The position numbers were made by a program, and so were the translations under genes. A stretch of 64,000 nt of DNA. It comes from an uncultured Candidatus Saccharibacteria bacterium (GTDB lineage: Bacteria > Patescibacteriota > Saccharimonadia > Saccharimonadales > Saccharimonadaceae). This document shows, one piece after another, positions 26,417-35,588 of this stretch. The notes under the pieces were generated by a model, which was not told where the DNA came from, ran no database searches, and saw only the letters and a list, made by a program, of their open reading frames with translations. The stretch spans positions 63,946-127,945 of the forward strand of contig CAOLNK010000001.1 in the NCBI GenBank assembly GCA_948477625.1, given 5' to 3'. Numbering within the stretch: the first letter of the stretch is position 1; each line of letters starts with the position of its first letter.

Positions 26417-27139
26417 TTATCTTTCCGGTGCTTCCTGTATACCCAGTGTAAATATCCAGAACCGTAAATCGGGATAGCACTCCAGCTCCCTCAGATTATA
26501 CCAGATCTGGTCTTTCTCCCAGAGCGTATTCAGGGTGTGCTGAATATGTCTGAAAAGGCAGGAGCAAAAGAAAGTATCCTGCCACTCTCTGGCGCCACTG
26601 AAAGTAATCCGGATTTCACCAGTAGTTCGCCGGACGTCCTGTTTGCTCTTATCACCGTTACAAGAATCATCAGTGTAGTCGGTCAGCAGGATATCATACG
26701 GTATCCGAATGCCACCATACCAGTGAGTAATGCCACAGTCCTTCAGCTTTTCCCAGATAACATCCAAAAAATCAGGCAGACATTCCATCTCGTCAAGCTC
26801 CTCCAGTAACGATTTCGTTATCTCATTATCGACACCTTTCGGGTTGATATTCTGCAAAGCGTCACGGATATCGTCAATGCTGGCGGTCCCAGTTGCATTG
26901 ATGCTGGGGCATATCTTCAGCATCTGCATTTTAACAGGAGCAAAAGACCCTCCACCTTTGTTGCTCTCGATGTCCAGCTGATAATAGGGTTTGTGTTCCT
27001 TGTCCCGCTGAAACTCTATGCAGCAGCGCCAGCCGTTCGGCAGATTTTCACGATAATCACACACCAGTTTTTCAATACCGCGCATAATCTTCGCATTCAA
27101 CTCCGGGGTACACTGAGATACGTAATTGTTTACTTTCAT
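26417..27139 (-). CDS. hypothetical Cys-rich cytoplasmic protein (240 aa)
   Basis: An AGGAGGAAAC SD lies upstream of the ATG at 27139. It contains 12 Cys, with no signal peptide or TM. No family recognised. Confidence 0.5.
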   Translation of the reverse strand: MKVNNYVSQCTPELNAKIMRGIEKLVCDYRENLPNGWRCCIEFQRDKEHKPYYQLDIESNKGGGSFAPVKMQMLKICPSINATGTASIDDIRDALQNINPKGVDNEITKSLLEELDEMECLPDFLDVIWEKLKDCGITHWYGGIRIPYDILLTDYTDDSCNGDKSKQDVRRTTGEIRITFSGAREWQDTFFCSCLFRHIQHTLNTLWEKDQIWYNLRELECYPDLRFWIFTLGIQEAPER

Positions 27140-27170
27140 TTTTTGTTTCCTCCTAAAGAAAAATCTCTAC

Positions 27171-27294
27171 GGTTCACCGTAGGATATAAGCCCACCATTT
27201 ACATAGCATGCAAAAATAGGCTTATATCCTACGGTTCACCGTAGGATATAAGCCCACCATTTACATAGCATGCAAAAATAGGCTTATATCCTAC
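27171..27294. repeat. two perfect tandem 62-bp repeats, each a 14-bp-stem hairpin, in the leader of gene 26417-27139
   Basis: The unit is ggttcaccGTAGGATATAAGCC-26nt-GGCTTATATCCTAC, present twice (27171-27232 and 27233-27294). Confidence 0.9.
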
Positions 27295-27380
27295 GACGAC
27301 TTATAAGATTCTAAGGAAAAAACGTCATTCAAGTAGGCCTTCAAGGTGCTTGATAGGGAATCTCTATACCCTATAACCTC

Positions 27381-27409
27381 ATTATAGCACACATAATTAA
27401 AAAAGTCAA
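27381..27409 (-). promoter_or_regulatory. consensus promoter (TTGACT-17-TGcTATAAT) for gene 26417-27139
   Basis: The reverse complement reads ttgacttttttaattatgtgtgctataat. It gives a ~235-nt leader that contains the tandem repeats. Confidence 0.6.
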
Positions 27410-27535
27410 TAGTAGTATAGTAAAATCTTGATAATTAGCAAAAAATATGATAAGCTAATAAGTATGAGCTGGTGGGTGTTACCTTAAAATTTGGCTAAAA
27501 TCCACCGCAAAAATCTAAGAAGGGTGGTGTAAACC

Positions 27536-28342
27536 ATGAAAAATGTTATGGACTATGGCAAAGCGAGAGGTATGACGCTTGTCGGGAAGTATTTACCCAA
27601 ACTCAACCCATTCCAAAGTATAGACTTAATCGGAACAATGGAAGAATGGGGGCAAGTACGCTACAAGTATGGGGACACTATGATACATCGCATCGATTAC
27701 CCAATTGGCCATGCGCAGGTTAAGCAAAATGCAGTTCAAGGTACGAACGGCTTTGCGGAGAGTATTCCGGAGCTGATTTCTGCTGTACGCAAACAGGGAA
27801 ATTCCGGAGTTGTGCTTATTGCGCAGCCTACCCATCCGTCTCCACCACGTTATCTCTATTTGGGAGGGTTTAATATTCTATTTTGTTTAGGCAGTCATGT
27901 GGTAATTGAGCTTGTTGGTAAAGCCTTTGACGGGCATGAGCTGACACAAGGACTGGGCTATCACGAACAGTACTGTCTGAATTGGGATGACATTCCGTTT
28001 GTAATGTCCAGGAATAATTTGGTACGGCGTGCGACCTCAATGAAATGGATAACAGTCAATGAATATCAGATTCAACGTCATAATAGAATACAGTTTTTGG
28101 CCGAATCTTGTCATTATCCGTTGGGGGAGGTGGAGTCAAATGTGCCAGAGATATTACCCTTATTAGACGACTCTGCTCTGAGGCTATTGTTGGATGATAT
28201 TGTGGTTGAACTGCGCGGGAAGAGAGTTTTGCTGGAATATGACAAAATGAGACTGTTTGGTGTGCAGGGAAACGTCGTGGAGCATAATGGTCAAATTGAA
28301 ATTCAGCCTTGGGAGATTTTTTGCCCCGAACGCTGGTCGTAA
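27536..28342 (+). CDS. hypothetical protein (268 aa)
   Basis: ORF with a GAAGGGTGG SD-like sequence upstream. It is divergent from 26417-27139. No confident family assignment. Confidence 0.5.
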   Translation: MKNVMDYGKARGMTLVGKYLPKLNPFQSIDLIGTMEEWGQVRYKYGDTMIHRIDYPIGHAQVKQNAVQGTNGFAESIPELISAVRKQGNSGVVLIAQPTHPSPPRYLYLGGFNILFCLGSHVVIELVGKAFDGHELTQGLGYHEQYCLNWDDIPFVMSRNNLVRRATSMKWITVNEYQIQRHNRIQFLAESCHYPLGEVESNVPEILPLLDDSALRLLLDDIVVELRGKRVLLEYDKMRLFGVQGNVVEHNGQIEIQPWEIFCPERWS

Positions 28343-28352
28343 TTTCAGTATT

Positions 28353-28391
28353 GAAAGGATTCGCTATTTTATATTACAGCGAATCCTTTTC
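28353..28391. terminator. bidirectional terminator
   Basis: gaaaggattcgct / agcgaatcctttt stem. Confidence 0.7.
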
Positions 28392-28614
28392 CACTCTACA
28401 TATCTAATACAGTACTAAGGCAGCGGAGGGGGAAACCGGTGTAACGATGGCTGGAGTGGGACGGTTTGATAGCAGACGACTCAACTTGCAGATAATAAGC
28501 CGTAGCCGAAGTGGACGAGGTGTAGGTAGCAGCTCGCGATGACCAGTAGATGCCGCCAGCGCCCCTGAAAGTACCAGCAGTATTAACTGGATAGACGTGC
28601 CCGCTGCGCACGAA
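28391..28614 (-). repeat. lectin-like cassette copy D (identical to C, inverted)
   Basis: It is the exact reverse complement of 17401-17624. It lies 58 nt downstream of the DUF2726-like gene on the same strand. Confidence 0.8.
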
Positions 28615-28672
28615 GTATGGCAGGGAAGTTTAGCCTGTATCGAGATGAAAACGTTGCAGGAAATAGCTATAC

Positions 28673-29188
28673 TTATGATTTTGAATTGATTATATTTGCA
28701 AAAGCATCAACGATTTCTTGTTTTGTTATGCGTTCCGGTGAACGTAACTTTACTAACGGTATATTAGCGCCATTGAAGATTCTTTCTATTTCTGCATCCC
28801 TACTTATTCTATCGTTTGAATCATGTGTAGCGTCATCAAGCTCTACAGCACATAATACACTTAAATCTCGTCGTTTCAATAATACATAGTCAACTGACTT
28901 GCCATTTATATGGTAAAAGGCGCTTTTCCAATTCTGACCCTTCACTCTATGGTCCAGCAGTGATGATAAATGTACTTGAGGTACTATATAGCACTTATCA
29001 TCAAAAATATTACACAATGTTTCAAAGAATTTCTCTTCGCATTTGGTCATGATGTGCCTCTTTGAATAATATTTGTAAACTGGCTTACTAACCCTCTGCG
29101 ACGGGTTGCTTTTTATTCTCACTACCAGTACTAGCGCAAGAAACAAAAACAATGCTACTACTAAAATTATTTCCATTATTTCCTCCAT
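28673..29188 (-). CDS. DUF2726-like (PD-(D/E)xK nuclease-related) membrane-anchored protein
   Basis: N-terminal TM, then E..F...L, VDYVL and AVELDD..H..R..RD, which is typical of DUF2726. The gene is AT-rich. Confidence 0.6.
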   Translation of the reverse strand: MEEIMEIILVVALFLFLALVLVVRIKSNPSQRVSKPVYKYYSKRHIMTKCEEKFFETLCNIFDDKCYIVPQVHLSSLLDHRVKGQNWKSAFYHINGKSVDYVLLKRRDLSVLCAVELDDATHDSNDRISRDAEIERIFNGANIPLVKLRSPERITKQEIVDAFANIINSKS

Positions 29189-29266
29189 ACTACTTCACGC
29201 AAAAACACCATGCACACTAGGACTTTTTATATCACTCAAACAAGGCTTATTCATATCAAAATCTTG

Positions 29267-29342
29267 TGGTCAGGGTGATCGGATTTGAACCGACGACCTC
29301 GCAGTCCCGAACCGCGCGCGCTACCAACTGCGCCACACCCTG
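29267..29342 (-). tRNA. tRNA-Pro (anticodon CGG)
   Basis: Cloverleaf: acceptor CAGGGTG/CACCCTG (C1-G72), anticodon loop TTCGGGA, CCA encoded. Confidence 0.9.
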
Positions 29343-29405
29343 CCAAAACCGTACTGGATTATCTATATTTTACCACAAAACCCCGCCCGTGCTATAATAA
29401 TATCC

Positions 29406-30212
29406 ATGAACAAACGAACGGGAATTATTATAGCAATTATTATTTTAGTCTTTGGTGGGTTGATTGGAATTTCGATTTTCCAACATCAACAAGAGTCACA
29501 AGCGTCTGAAACCGAAGAAGAAATTGAGCTAGAAACTAGTGCTTATGGCATAACTATTCCTACTCTTGCCGCAATCGAATCGTTAACTGGCACTATTGAC
29601 TATAGCAAATATGACGTCGCTAGTATTGTTCCGTCCAATGAATTTTCCGGCAATTTTTCGGAAAATATGAAGGGTAACCCCAAGGCACATGTGGTGCTGT
29701 ATGAATACGCCGACTATCAGTGTGAGCACTGCGCCGCGATGAACCCATATCTCAATGCTATTCTCGAAGAATATGGCGACCAAGTAGCTCTAGTGTTTCG
29801 CACCTATATTATGCCATATCATACTCACGGCGTAATTACTGCCGCCGCCGCCAATGCCGCCGCTTTGCAAGGCTACTGGGCAGAGTTCAAGGATATTGTC
29901 TTTGCCAATCAAAATGAATGGTTCTATGCCAAAGAGTCCGAAATGCTTGACTATCTCGACAAATACTTTACGGCTGCTAGTGGTGGTAAGGGTGACCTCA
30001 AGCAGTTCCACCAAGATATGCAAAGCGAAGCCGTCAAGCAAAAAATCGCTTTTGATATGGGAATCTCCGACAAAGCCGATTTGAAATGGACACCATCAGT
30101 GTACGTGGAAGATAAATTCATGAACCAAAAAGAAATCGGCGGCACCTATGACGATTTCTTACAAGCAATCCGCGACGAAATTGACGCACGTCTCAGCAAA
30201 ACTGCTAAGTAA
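29406..30212 (+). CDS. DsbA-family thiol:disulfide oxidoreductase, membrane-anchored
   Basis: N-terminal TM and a thioredoxin-fold CxxC (YADYQCEHCAAMNP). The promoter is a leaderless TGCTATAAT. Confidence 0.75.
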   Translation: MNKRTGIIIAIIILVFGGLIGISIFQHQQESQASETEEEIELETSAYGITIPTLAAIESLTGTIDYSKYDVASIVPSNEFSGNFSENMKGNPKAHVVLYEYADYQCEHCAAMNPYLNAILEEYGDQVALVFRTYIMPYHTHGVITAAAANAAALQGYWAEFKDIVFANQNEWFYAKESEMLDYLDKYFTAASGGKGDLKQFHQDMQSEAVKQKIAFDMGISDKADLKWTPSVYVEDKFMNQKEIGGTYDDFLQAIRDEIDARLSKTAK

Positions 30213-30238
30213 CACCTCTAGTGCATCAGGCCACCCCG

Positions 30239-30247
30239 TGCTATAAT
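30239..30247 (+). promoter_or_regulatory. extended -10 promoter TGCTATAAT, 6 nt from the uvrD start (leaderless)
   Basis: gtgctataatgagggaATG. Confidence 0.6.
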
Positions 30248-30253
30248 GAGGGA

Positions 30254-32464
30254 ATGGATGCAATTCTAGGAGGTTTAAACCCAGCCCAGCGCGAGGCGGT
30301 CGAAACTTTGACTGGCCCAGTGTTGGTTTTGGCTGGTGCGGGCTCTGGCAAGACTAAGGTTCTCACCCACCGCATTGCCAACTTGATTGCACGCGGTACG
30401 CGCCCTGACCAAATTTTAGCTGTTACTTTTACCAACAAGGCCGCTACCGAAATGCGCCGTCGCCTCTGGGGGCTGCTCGAGCGCCAGCGTGAAGATGTGG
30501 TTGGTCGCCAAGATTTGCAAGATAATTACGTGCTCAAATTTAGCCAAGCCGCTGGAGTAGCGCCGTCGCCAAATGCAGATGTACCTCGAAACTTCATGCC
30601 CTATATGGGAACTTTTCACGGGATTTGTGTGCGACTTTTGCGCATCGAGCACGAAGCTGCTGGGATTGCACGGAATTTTACGATTTATGATTCAGATGAT
30701 CAACTTACCTTGATTCGCCGTTTGCTCCGCGAGATGAAACTTACCAAAGACAAAAGTTTCACTGCCAAAATGATACACGCCCAGATTTCGCACTGGCAGA
30801 CCATCGGCATGACGCCGGCCGAAGCGCGCAAGGAGGCCTTTTACCCTAATCAAAAGCAAACCGCCGAAGTTTTTGCACGCTATAACGAGGAAAAACGTGC
30901 CGCAGACGCGCTGGATTTTGATGACCTTTTGATTAAAACCGCCAATCTATTGCAAACCAATACTGAAGTCCGTCAAAAATGGCAACGCAAATTCCGCCAT
31001 ATTCTGATCGATGAGTATCAGGACACTAACGCCGTGCAATACCGCTTGATTAAATATCTCGTGAATGAGGAGCGCAATATTTGCGTGGTGGGTGATGATT
31101 GGCAGTCGATTTACTCTTGGCGTGGTGCCGATTTTACCAACATTCTCAATTTCGAACGCGATTTTCCGGGCGCTAAGGTGGTGAAACTTGAGCAAAATTA
31201 TCGTAGTACAGGCAACATTCTGGCCGCTTCACAGCAGATCATCAATCAAAATAAAACCCGCACCAGCAAAACCCTCTTCACCGAATCTGGCAAGGGTAGC
31301 CCAATCACGGTTGAAGGTCTCATGGATGAGGCAGGCGAAGCCAATTATGTTGCGCGCCAAATTATGCGTATAAAGACCCCTGGCCGTCAGTATAGTGATT
31401 TTGCTATTCTCTATCGCACTAACGCTCAATCGTATGCTTTTGAAAAAGCCTTCATGGCTCTACGCATCCCATATAAAATCATCGGTGGCGTGCGTTTCTA
31501 CGACCGTAAAGAGGTGAAAGACGTGCTTGCTATTCTTAAACTCCTAGTGAACCCGCGCGACCGCGTGAGCCTAGAACGTATTGCTAAGAACGTCTTGCCT
31601 GGCGTGGGTGCTTCATCGGTAGAGAAGGTCTTTAGCTTCTTCGATGCCAATCCCAAGATGACCCTGCGCGAGGCGGCTGATGTTCTGAGTGCGCGCGCCA
31701 AAGTTTCTTTGCTTCGTGTAGCGAATTTTATTGAACAATATCAAGAACGTATCCAAGAAACCGACCTTACCGAAGTGTTCGGTGCAGCCGGAGCTGAAAT
31801 TATGGCTGGGGCCACAGCTCTAGTTTCGCCGGAAGAAATCGTCGAACAAGCCGTCAAATACTTTGATTTTGCTCATCTGGTACACAGCGAAACTCCCGAA
31901 GGTTCCGAGCGTATGCAAAACTTGGAAGTACTCGCCAGTAACGCTAGTGCTTATGCCTCGATTGACGAATTCTTGGCCGACGCCGCCCTGCTCAGTTCAG
32001 CTGACGAAAGCACCGATAAAAACTCCGTTTCACTGATGACCCTACATGCTGCCAAAGGGCTAGAGTTCCCAGTAGTTTTCATTGTTGGGCTTGAGGAGGG
32101 ACTTTTCCCCAGTAGTCGAGCCGGCGAATCTGAGGAAGACTTGGAAGAGGAACGTCGCTTGGCCTACGTCGGTATGACTCGTGCCATGAAAGACCTCTTC
32201 CTTACCTTCGCTAGCTCGCGCTACGCTTTTGGTGGACGCAACTATAACGCCCCCTCGCAATTTTTACTCGAACTTGGCTATAATCCTTATGGTTCGGGCG
32301 GTTTTGGTGAATCTGGTGCTTTTGATGTAGAGATTAGTAATGTCGATGCTGGTGCGCCCGGGATCTTCGGCGGCGACCCAGACGGGGAATTTAGTGACTT
32401 CAGTAGTGATTTAAGCTCAGATTTTGACCCATTCCCAGACGACGTCCCGGTATTTGAGGGCTGA
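30254..32464 (+). CDS. uvrD: ATP-dependent DNA helicase UvrD/PcrA
   Basis: LNPAQREAV, a Walker A (AGAGSGKT), DEYQDTN, QNYRS and a VGMTRA-type motif. The C-terminal tail is acidic. Confidence 0.9.
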   Translation: MDAILGGLNPAQREAVETLTGPVLVLAGAGSGKTKVLTHRIANLIARGTRPDQILAVTFTNKAATEMRRRLWGLLERQREDVVGRQDLQDNYVLKFSQAAGVAPSPNADVPRNFMPYMGTFHGICVRLLRIEHEAAGIARNFTIYDSDDQLTLIRRLLREMKLTKDKSFTAKMIHAQISHWQTIGMTPAEARKEAFYPNQKQTAEVFARYNEEKRAADALDFDDLLIKTANLLQTNTEVRQKWQRKFRHILIDEYQDTNAVQYRLIKYLVNEERNICVVGDDWQSIYSWRGADFTNILNFERDFPGAKVVKLEQNYRSTGNILAASQQIINQNKTRTSKTLFTESGKGSPITVEGLMDEAGEANYVARQIMRIKTPGRQYSDFAILYRTNAQSYAFEKAFMALRIPYKIIGGVRFYDRKEVKDVLAILKLLVNPRDRVSLERIAKNVLPGVGASSVEKVFSFFDANPKMTLREAADVLSARAKVSLLRVANFIEQYQERIQETDLTEVFGAAGAEIMAGATALVSPEEIVEQAVKYFDFAHLVHSETPEGSERMQNLEVLASNASAYASIDEFLADAALLSSADESTDKNSVSLMTLHAAKGLEFPVVFIVGLEEGLFPSSRAGESEEDLEEERRLAYVGMTRAMKDLFLTFASSRYAFGGRNYNAPSQFLLELGYNPYGSGGFGESGAFDVEISNVDAGAPGIFGGDPDGEFSDFSSDLSSDFDPFPDDVPVFEG

Positions 32465-32534
32465 TGCGGGAAAGGTCTGTTATAAGCATAAGACTATTGA
32501 CAATTTGGCTTATCTTTGCTATAATAGGGGTGCA

Positions 32535-33608
32535 ATGATTAAATTGCAATCAAGAATCAGAGATTTTTGCTGCTTAGTACTGATTGGGCTAATTGGCATA
32601 TTTTTGGCGTTTAGCTGTTTTTTGCGGCCAGGCGCAGCTTTTGCCGATGATGAAACCTCTGACGATACGATGCATTTTGTCACAATCTACGATGATGGCG
32701 CTGAATTGACAGTAAAAACCGCCGCTCCCACTGTAAAAGATGTTTTGGAGCGTGCTGAAATCAGTATCAACGATGCGGATTTGGTGGAGCCTGCGCTGGA
32801 TTCTGTAATTACTAGCGATGATTACAATATCAATATCCATCGCGCCCGCCCGGCGCTGGTGATTGACGGCATGAACCGGCGATATGTGATGACGGCTAGT
32901 TTTGACCCCAAAACTATTGTGCGCGAAGCTGGTTTGACAGTCTATGATGGAGACGAGATTATAATTGACGTTAATCGTAGTTTTCTAGAAGCTGGTGCAG
33001 TTTCAACCTACCGTGTAGAACGCAACGGCGGGCGTACGTTGACAATTGAGGAGAGTATCCCCTATGCCACCGAAACGCGTTATGATTATAACTTAGCCAA
33101 GGGCGAGCGTCAGTTAGAACAACCAGGAGAGGATGGTCGTCGTCTCAGTATCTATGAAGTAAAATTTGAGAACAATGTGGAAGTCTCGCGCGAGCTGATT
33201 TCTGAAGAAACGGTGCTGGAACCGGTGCCAGAGATTATTGTCGTGGGCGCCAAAGCTACTATCCCACCAGAGCGGGCACAGTGTGCTAATTGGGCACGCG
33301 AAGCTGGCGTGGCTGAAGAAGATTTGCAAGTGGCACTAGATTTGATTTACCACGAATCAGGCTGTCGCTATAATGCCAAGAACTCTAGCTCCGGCGCCTA
33401 TGGTATTCCACAGGCTTTGCCAGGTAACAAAATGGCCACCAAGGGTGACGACTGGGAAACAAATCCGGTAACACAAATTCGCTGGATGATTGATTATGTG
33501 AATGGACGTTATGGTGGTTGGCAACAAGCAATGAATTTCTGGCGGTGCTTGGGTACTTGTAGTTCCAAGAATGGCACTGTCAACAACAAGGCGTCTTATT
33601 GGTACTAA
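32535..33608 (+). CDS. secreted cell-wall protein: DUF348 - G5 - lytic transglycosylase-like domain
   Basis: Signal anchor, a DUF348-like segment (TVKDVLERAEISI), G5-like strands, and a C-terminal HESGC..SSGAYGIPQALP (SLT-like E-S...GxxQ). Confidence 0.7.
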   Translation: MIKLQSRIRDFCCLVLIGLIGIFLAFSCFLRPGAAFADDETSDDTMHFVTIYDDGAELTVKTAAPTVKDVLERAEISINDADLVEPALDSVITSDDYNINIHRARPALVIDGMNRRYVMTASFDPKTIVREAGLTVYDGDEIIIDVNRSFLEAGAVSTYRVERNGGRTLTIEESIPYATETRYDYNLAKGERQLEQPGEDGRRLSIYEVKFENNVEVSRELISEETVLEPVPEIIVVGAKATIPPERAQCANWAREAGVAEEDLQVALDLIYHESGCRYNAKNSSSGAYGIPQALPGNKMATKGDDWETNPVTQIRWMIDYVNGRYGGWQQAMNFWRCLGTCSSKNGTVNNKASYWY

Positions 33609-33611
33609 ACC

Positions 33612-34385
33612 ATGAAAAACAATAAGTCTCTCGGGCAACATTGGCTGAAAAATCGGGGAATTTTGGATGAGATTGCTGATTTGGCGAGCGTTGGCTTGGA
33701 TAAGGATACGCTTTGCGTGGAAATTGGCCCAGGGCTGGGGACACTAACTTCGAGCCTTTTGCGCCGGTTTTCGCAGGTGATCGCAGTGGAGTATGACGAG
33801 AAATTGGCGGAGAATTTGCTTAAATCTTTTCCGGGCAAAAATTTGCAAGTTGTGCATGGCGATATCTTGCAGACTGATTTAGCCGAATTAGCAAAAGATA
33901 AACCCTATGTAGCAGTAGGGAACATTCCGTATTATATTACCTCACCGATTGTGCGTATGTTGATTGCTGTGACGCCCCTACCAGAGCGGATTGTACTTTT
34001 GATGCAAAAGGAAGTAGCGCAGCGCATTGCGGCCGAGCCGGGGGATCATAGCCTGTTGTCGCTCTATGTGCAGAATCAGGCTGAAGTTGAACTTGGACCG
34101 GTGGTGAAGGCTGAGGAGTTTACCCCACCACCAAAAGTTGATAGTCAGGTGATTGCCCTGACGCCGTTAAAAGAGGCACAAATTTCGGCAGCAGCGCTCA
34201 TGCTGGCTAGTCGAGGTTTTTCTAACCCGCGTAAAAAACTTAGTGCTAATTTGGCTAATGCTGAGTGCACAAAAGCGGATTGGGAAAACATTTTACAACA
34301 GTGTAGGATCAATCCGGCTGCACGGGCGCAAGATTTGGACTTGTGGGATTGGCAAGAATTAAACGATTTTATGAAAAAGACTTGA
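33612..34385 (+). CDS. rsmA: 16S rRNA (adenine1518/1519-N6)-dimethyltransferase RsmA/KsgA
   Basis: LGQHWL, a SAM motif (VEIGPGLGTLT) and NIPYYITSPI. Confidence 0.9.
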   Translation: MKNNKSLGQHWLKNRGILDEIADLASVGLDKDTLCVEIGPGLGTLTSSLLRRFSQVIAVEYDEKLAENLLKSFPGKNLQVVHGDILQTDLAELAKDKPYVAVGNIPYYITSPIVRMLIAVTPLPERIVLLMQKEVAQRIAAEPGDHSLLSLYVQNQAEVELGPVVKAEEFTPPPKVDSQVIALTPLKEAQISAAALMLASRGFSNPRKKLSANLANAECTKADWENILQQCRINPAARAQDLDLWDWQELNDFMKKT

Positions 34386-34472
34386 TAAAATCAAGCATAA
34401 GCGCTAAAATAATAACAAACTGTATATTAAATTAACATAACGCACAGGAAACACGCAAAAAGGGAGGCAAAA

Positions 34473-35531
34473 ATGAACCCTGAAGACAACAATCTAAATC
34501 CAAATCCGGGCACACCAGGGGCCGGGATGACTAATGAGCCACTTGGAGCCGGTGGTTTGACGATGGCTGATGGTTTAGCCTCAGCTCAAGATAATTTAAC
34601 GTCAGCTGGTCTAGCGGCCAGCACCGGTGAAGGCGTCATGGATTTGAACCAACTTGGGGCTACTGCTCCTGAAGCCGTAATGACTCCACCGATTGATGAG
34701 CCTTTGATTCCAGCCGCACCCGTGCCAGGATCAATTGGTAGCGTGACTTCCGTGCCACCAGTAAATACCGATCCGATGGCTGGTGCGATGCCGACTGAGT
34801 CGACAGTGACTGCTGGTGCTGTACCTGTGGCGGAGCCTGCTCCAGCTCCATACAATCCCTTTGCGCAAACTACAACGGCGGCTCATACCGCCCCAGCTCC
34901 AGAGCCAACTGCGGCTGGCATAACGCCAAACCCGACCTTTCAGCCTGCTGTGCCGCCAAAGGCTAAGATGAAACTAAGCCCTTTGATGCTTGCTCTTTGT
35001 GCTGTTTCAGGTATCCTGCTGATTGCTACGATTGTGCTTGCTGTGTTGTTGGTCAATGCAAACAACAATCCTAAGATTGTTTACGTCCCTCAAACTCCAA
35101 ACGAAGAATCTAACGCTCGTATTGAAATGCTGACTTGCTCGCGTGAAAGCGATTTTGCTGGCTATGCTGGTACAGAAGAACCAGCGATGGGCTCCGAGAC
35201 AATCACTGCTAGCTATACCAACAACGAACTTCGCGCTGTGACTATGGAATATGCAATGCGTTTTGCCGATGAAGGCGCAGCTAGCGTTGCTCAGGCCAAC
35301 TTTGTTGCTGAACAGGCCGAATTGCTTTCTAGCATTAGTAATTCCTTCGCTGTTGATTATGATTTGAATGGCAGCAATCTTGATATCACGATTGCTTCTG
35401 GGCGTGATGCTTTTGCCGAAACCGACGCCTCTACTTTGATGTATGGTTTGGGCAATGGTAATTCTTCCGTGTCACTAGACTCAGTGCGTAATTTATACGA
35501 AAGCGCTGGGTTTATCTGCTCAGTTGAATAA
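34473..35531 (+). CDS. hypothetical membrane protein with Pro/Ala-rich N-terminal region
   Basis: About 165 aa of low-complexity P/A/T, one TM (LMLALCAVSGILLIATIVLAVLLV), and a ~150-aa extracytoplasmic domain. Confidence 0.5.
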   Translation: MNPEDNNLNPNPGTPGAGMTNEPLGAGGLTMADGLASAQDNLTSAGLAASTGEGVMDLNQLGATAPEAVMTPPIDEPLIPAAPVPGSIGSVTSVPPVNTDPMAGAMPTESTVTAGAVPVAEPAPAPYNPFAQTTTAAHTAPAPEPTAAGITPNPTFQPAVPPKAKMKLSPLMLALCAVSGILLIATIVLAVLLVNANNNPKIVYVPQTPNEESNARIEMLTCSRESDFAGYAGTEEPAMGSETITASYTNNELRAVTMEYAMRFADEGAASVAQANFVAEQAELLSSISNSFAVDYDLNGSNLDITIASGRDAFAETDASTLMYGLGNGNSSVSLDSVRNLYESAGFICSVE

Positions 35532-35570
35532 GTAATCTCAAAACAGGCTATTCCGGTAGCCTGTTTTTTG

Positions 35571-35579
35571 TGCTATAAT
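35571..35579 (+). promoter_or_regulatory. extended -10 promoter TGCTATAAT, 9 nt from the metG start
   Basis: ttgtgctataattacattattATG. Confidence 0.6.
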
Positions 35580-35588
35580 TACATTATT

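Noticed and set aside
27171-27294. The tandem repeat as a CRISPR array.
   Set aside because: There are only two directly abutting 62-bp units with no spacers, no cas genes, and internal 14-bp stems. The array lies inside a predicted 5' leader.
29285-29509. A 74-aa ORF overlapping tRNA-Pro and the dsbA-like start.
   Set aside because: It overlaps a confidently folded tRNA gene on the opposite strand and the promoter of the next gene, so it is a spurious ORF.
35568-35588. N-terminal extensions beginning MCYN/ICYN in ORF calls for metG, and likewise for pheS (40269), the murC-like gene (2413), uvrD (30221) and the ltaS-like gene (39121).
   Set aside because: The Cys-Tyr-Asn codons are simply the TGCTATAAT extended -10 promoter read in frame. 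The real starts are the ATG 6-9 nt downstream.
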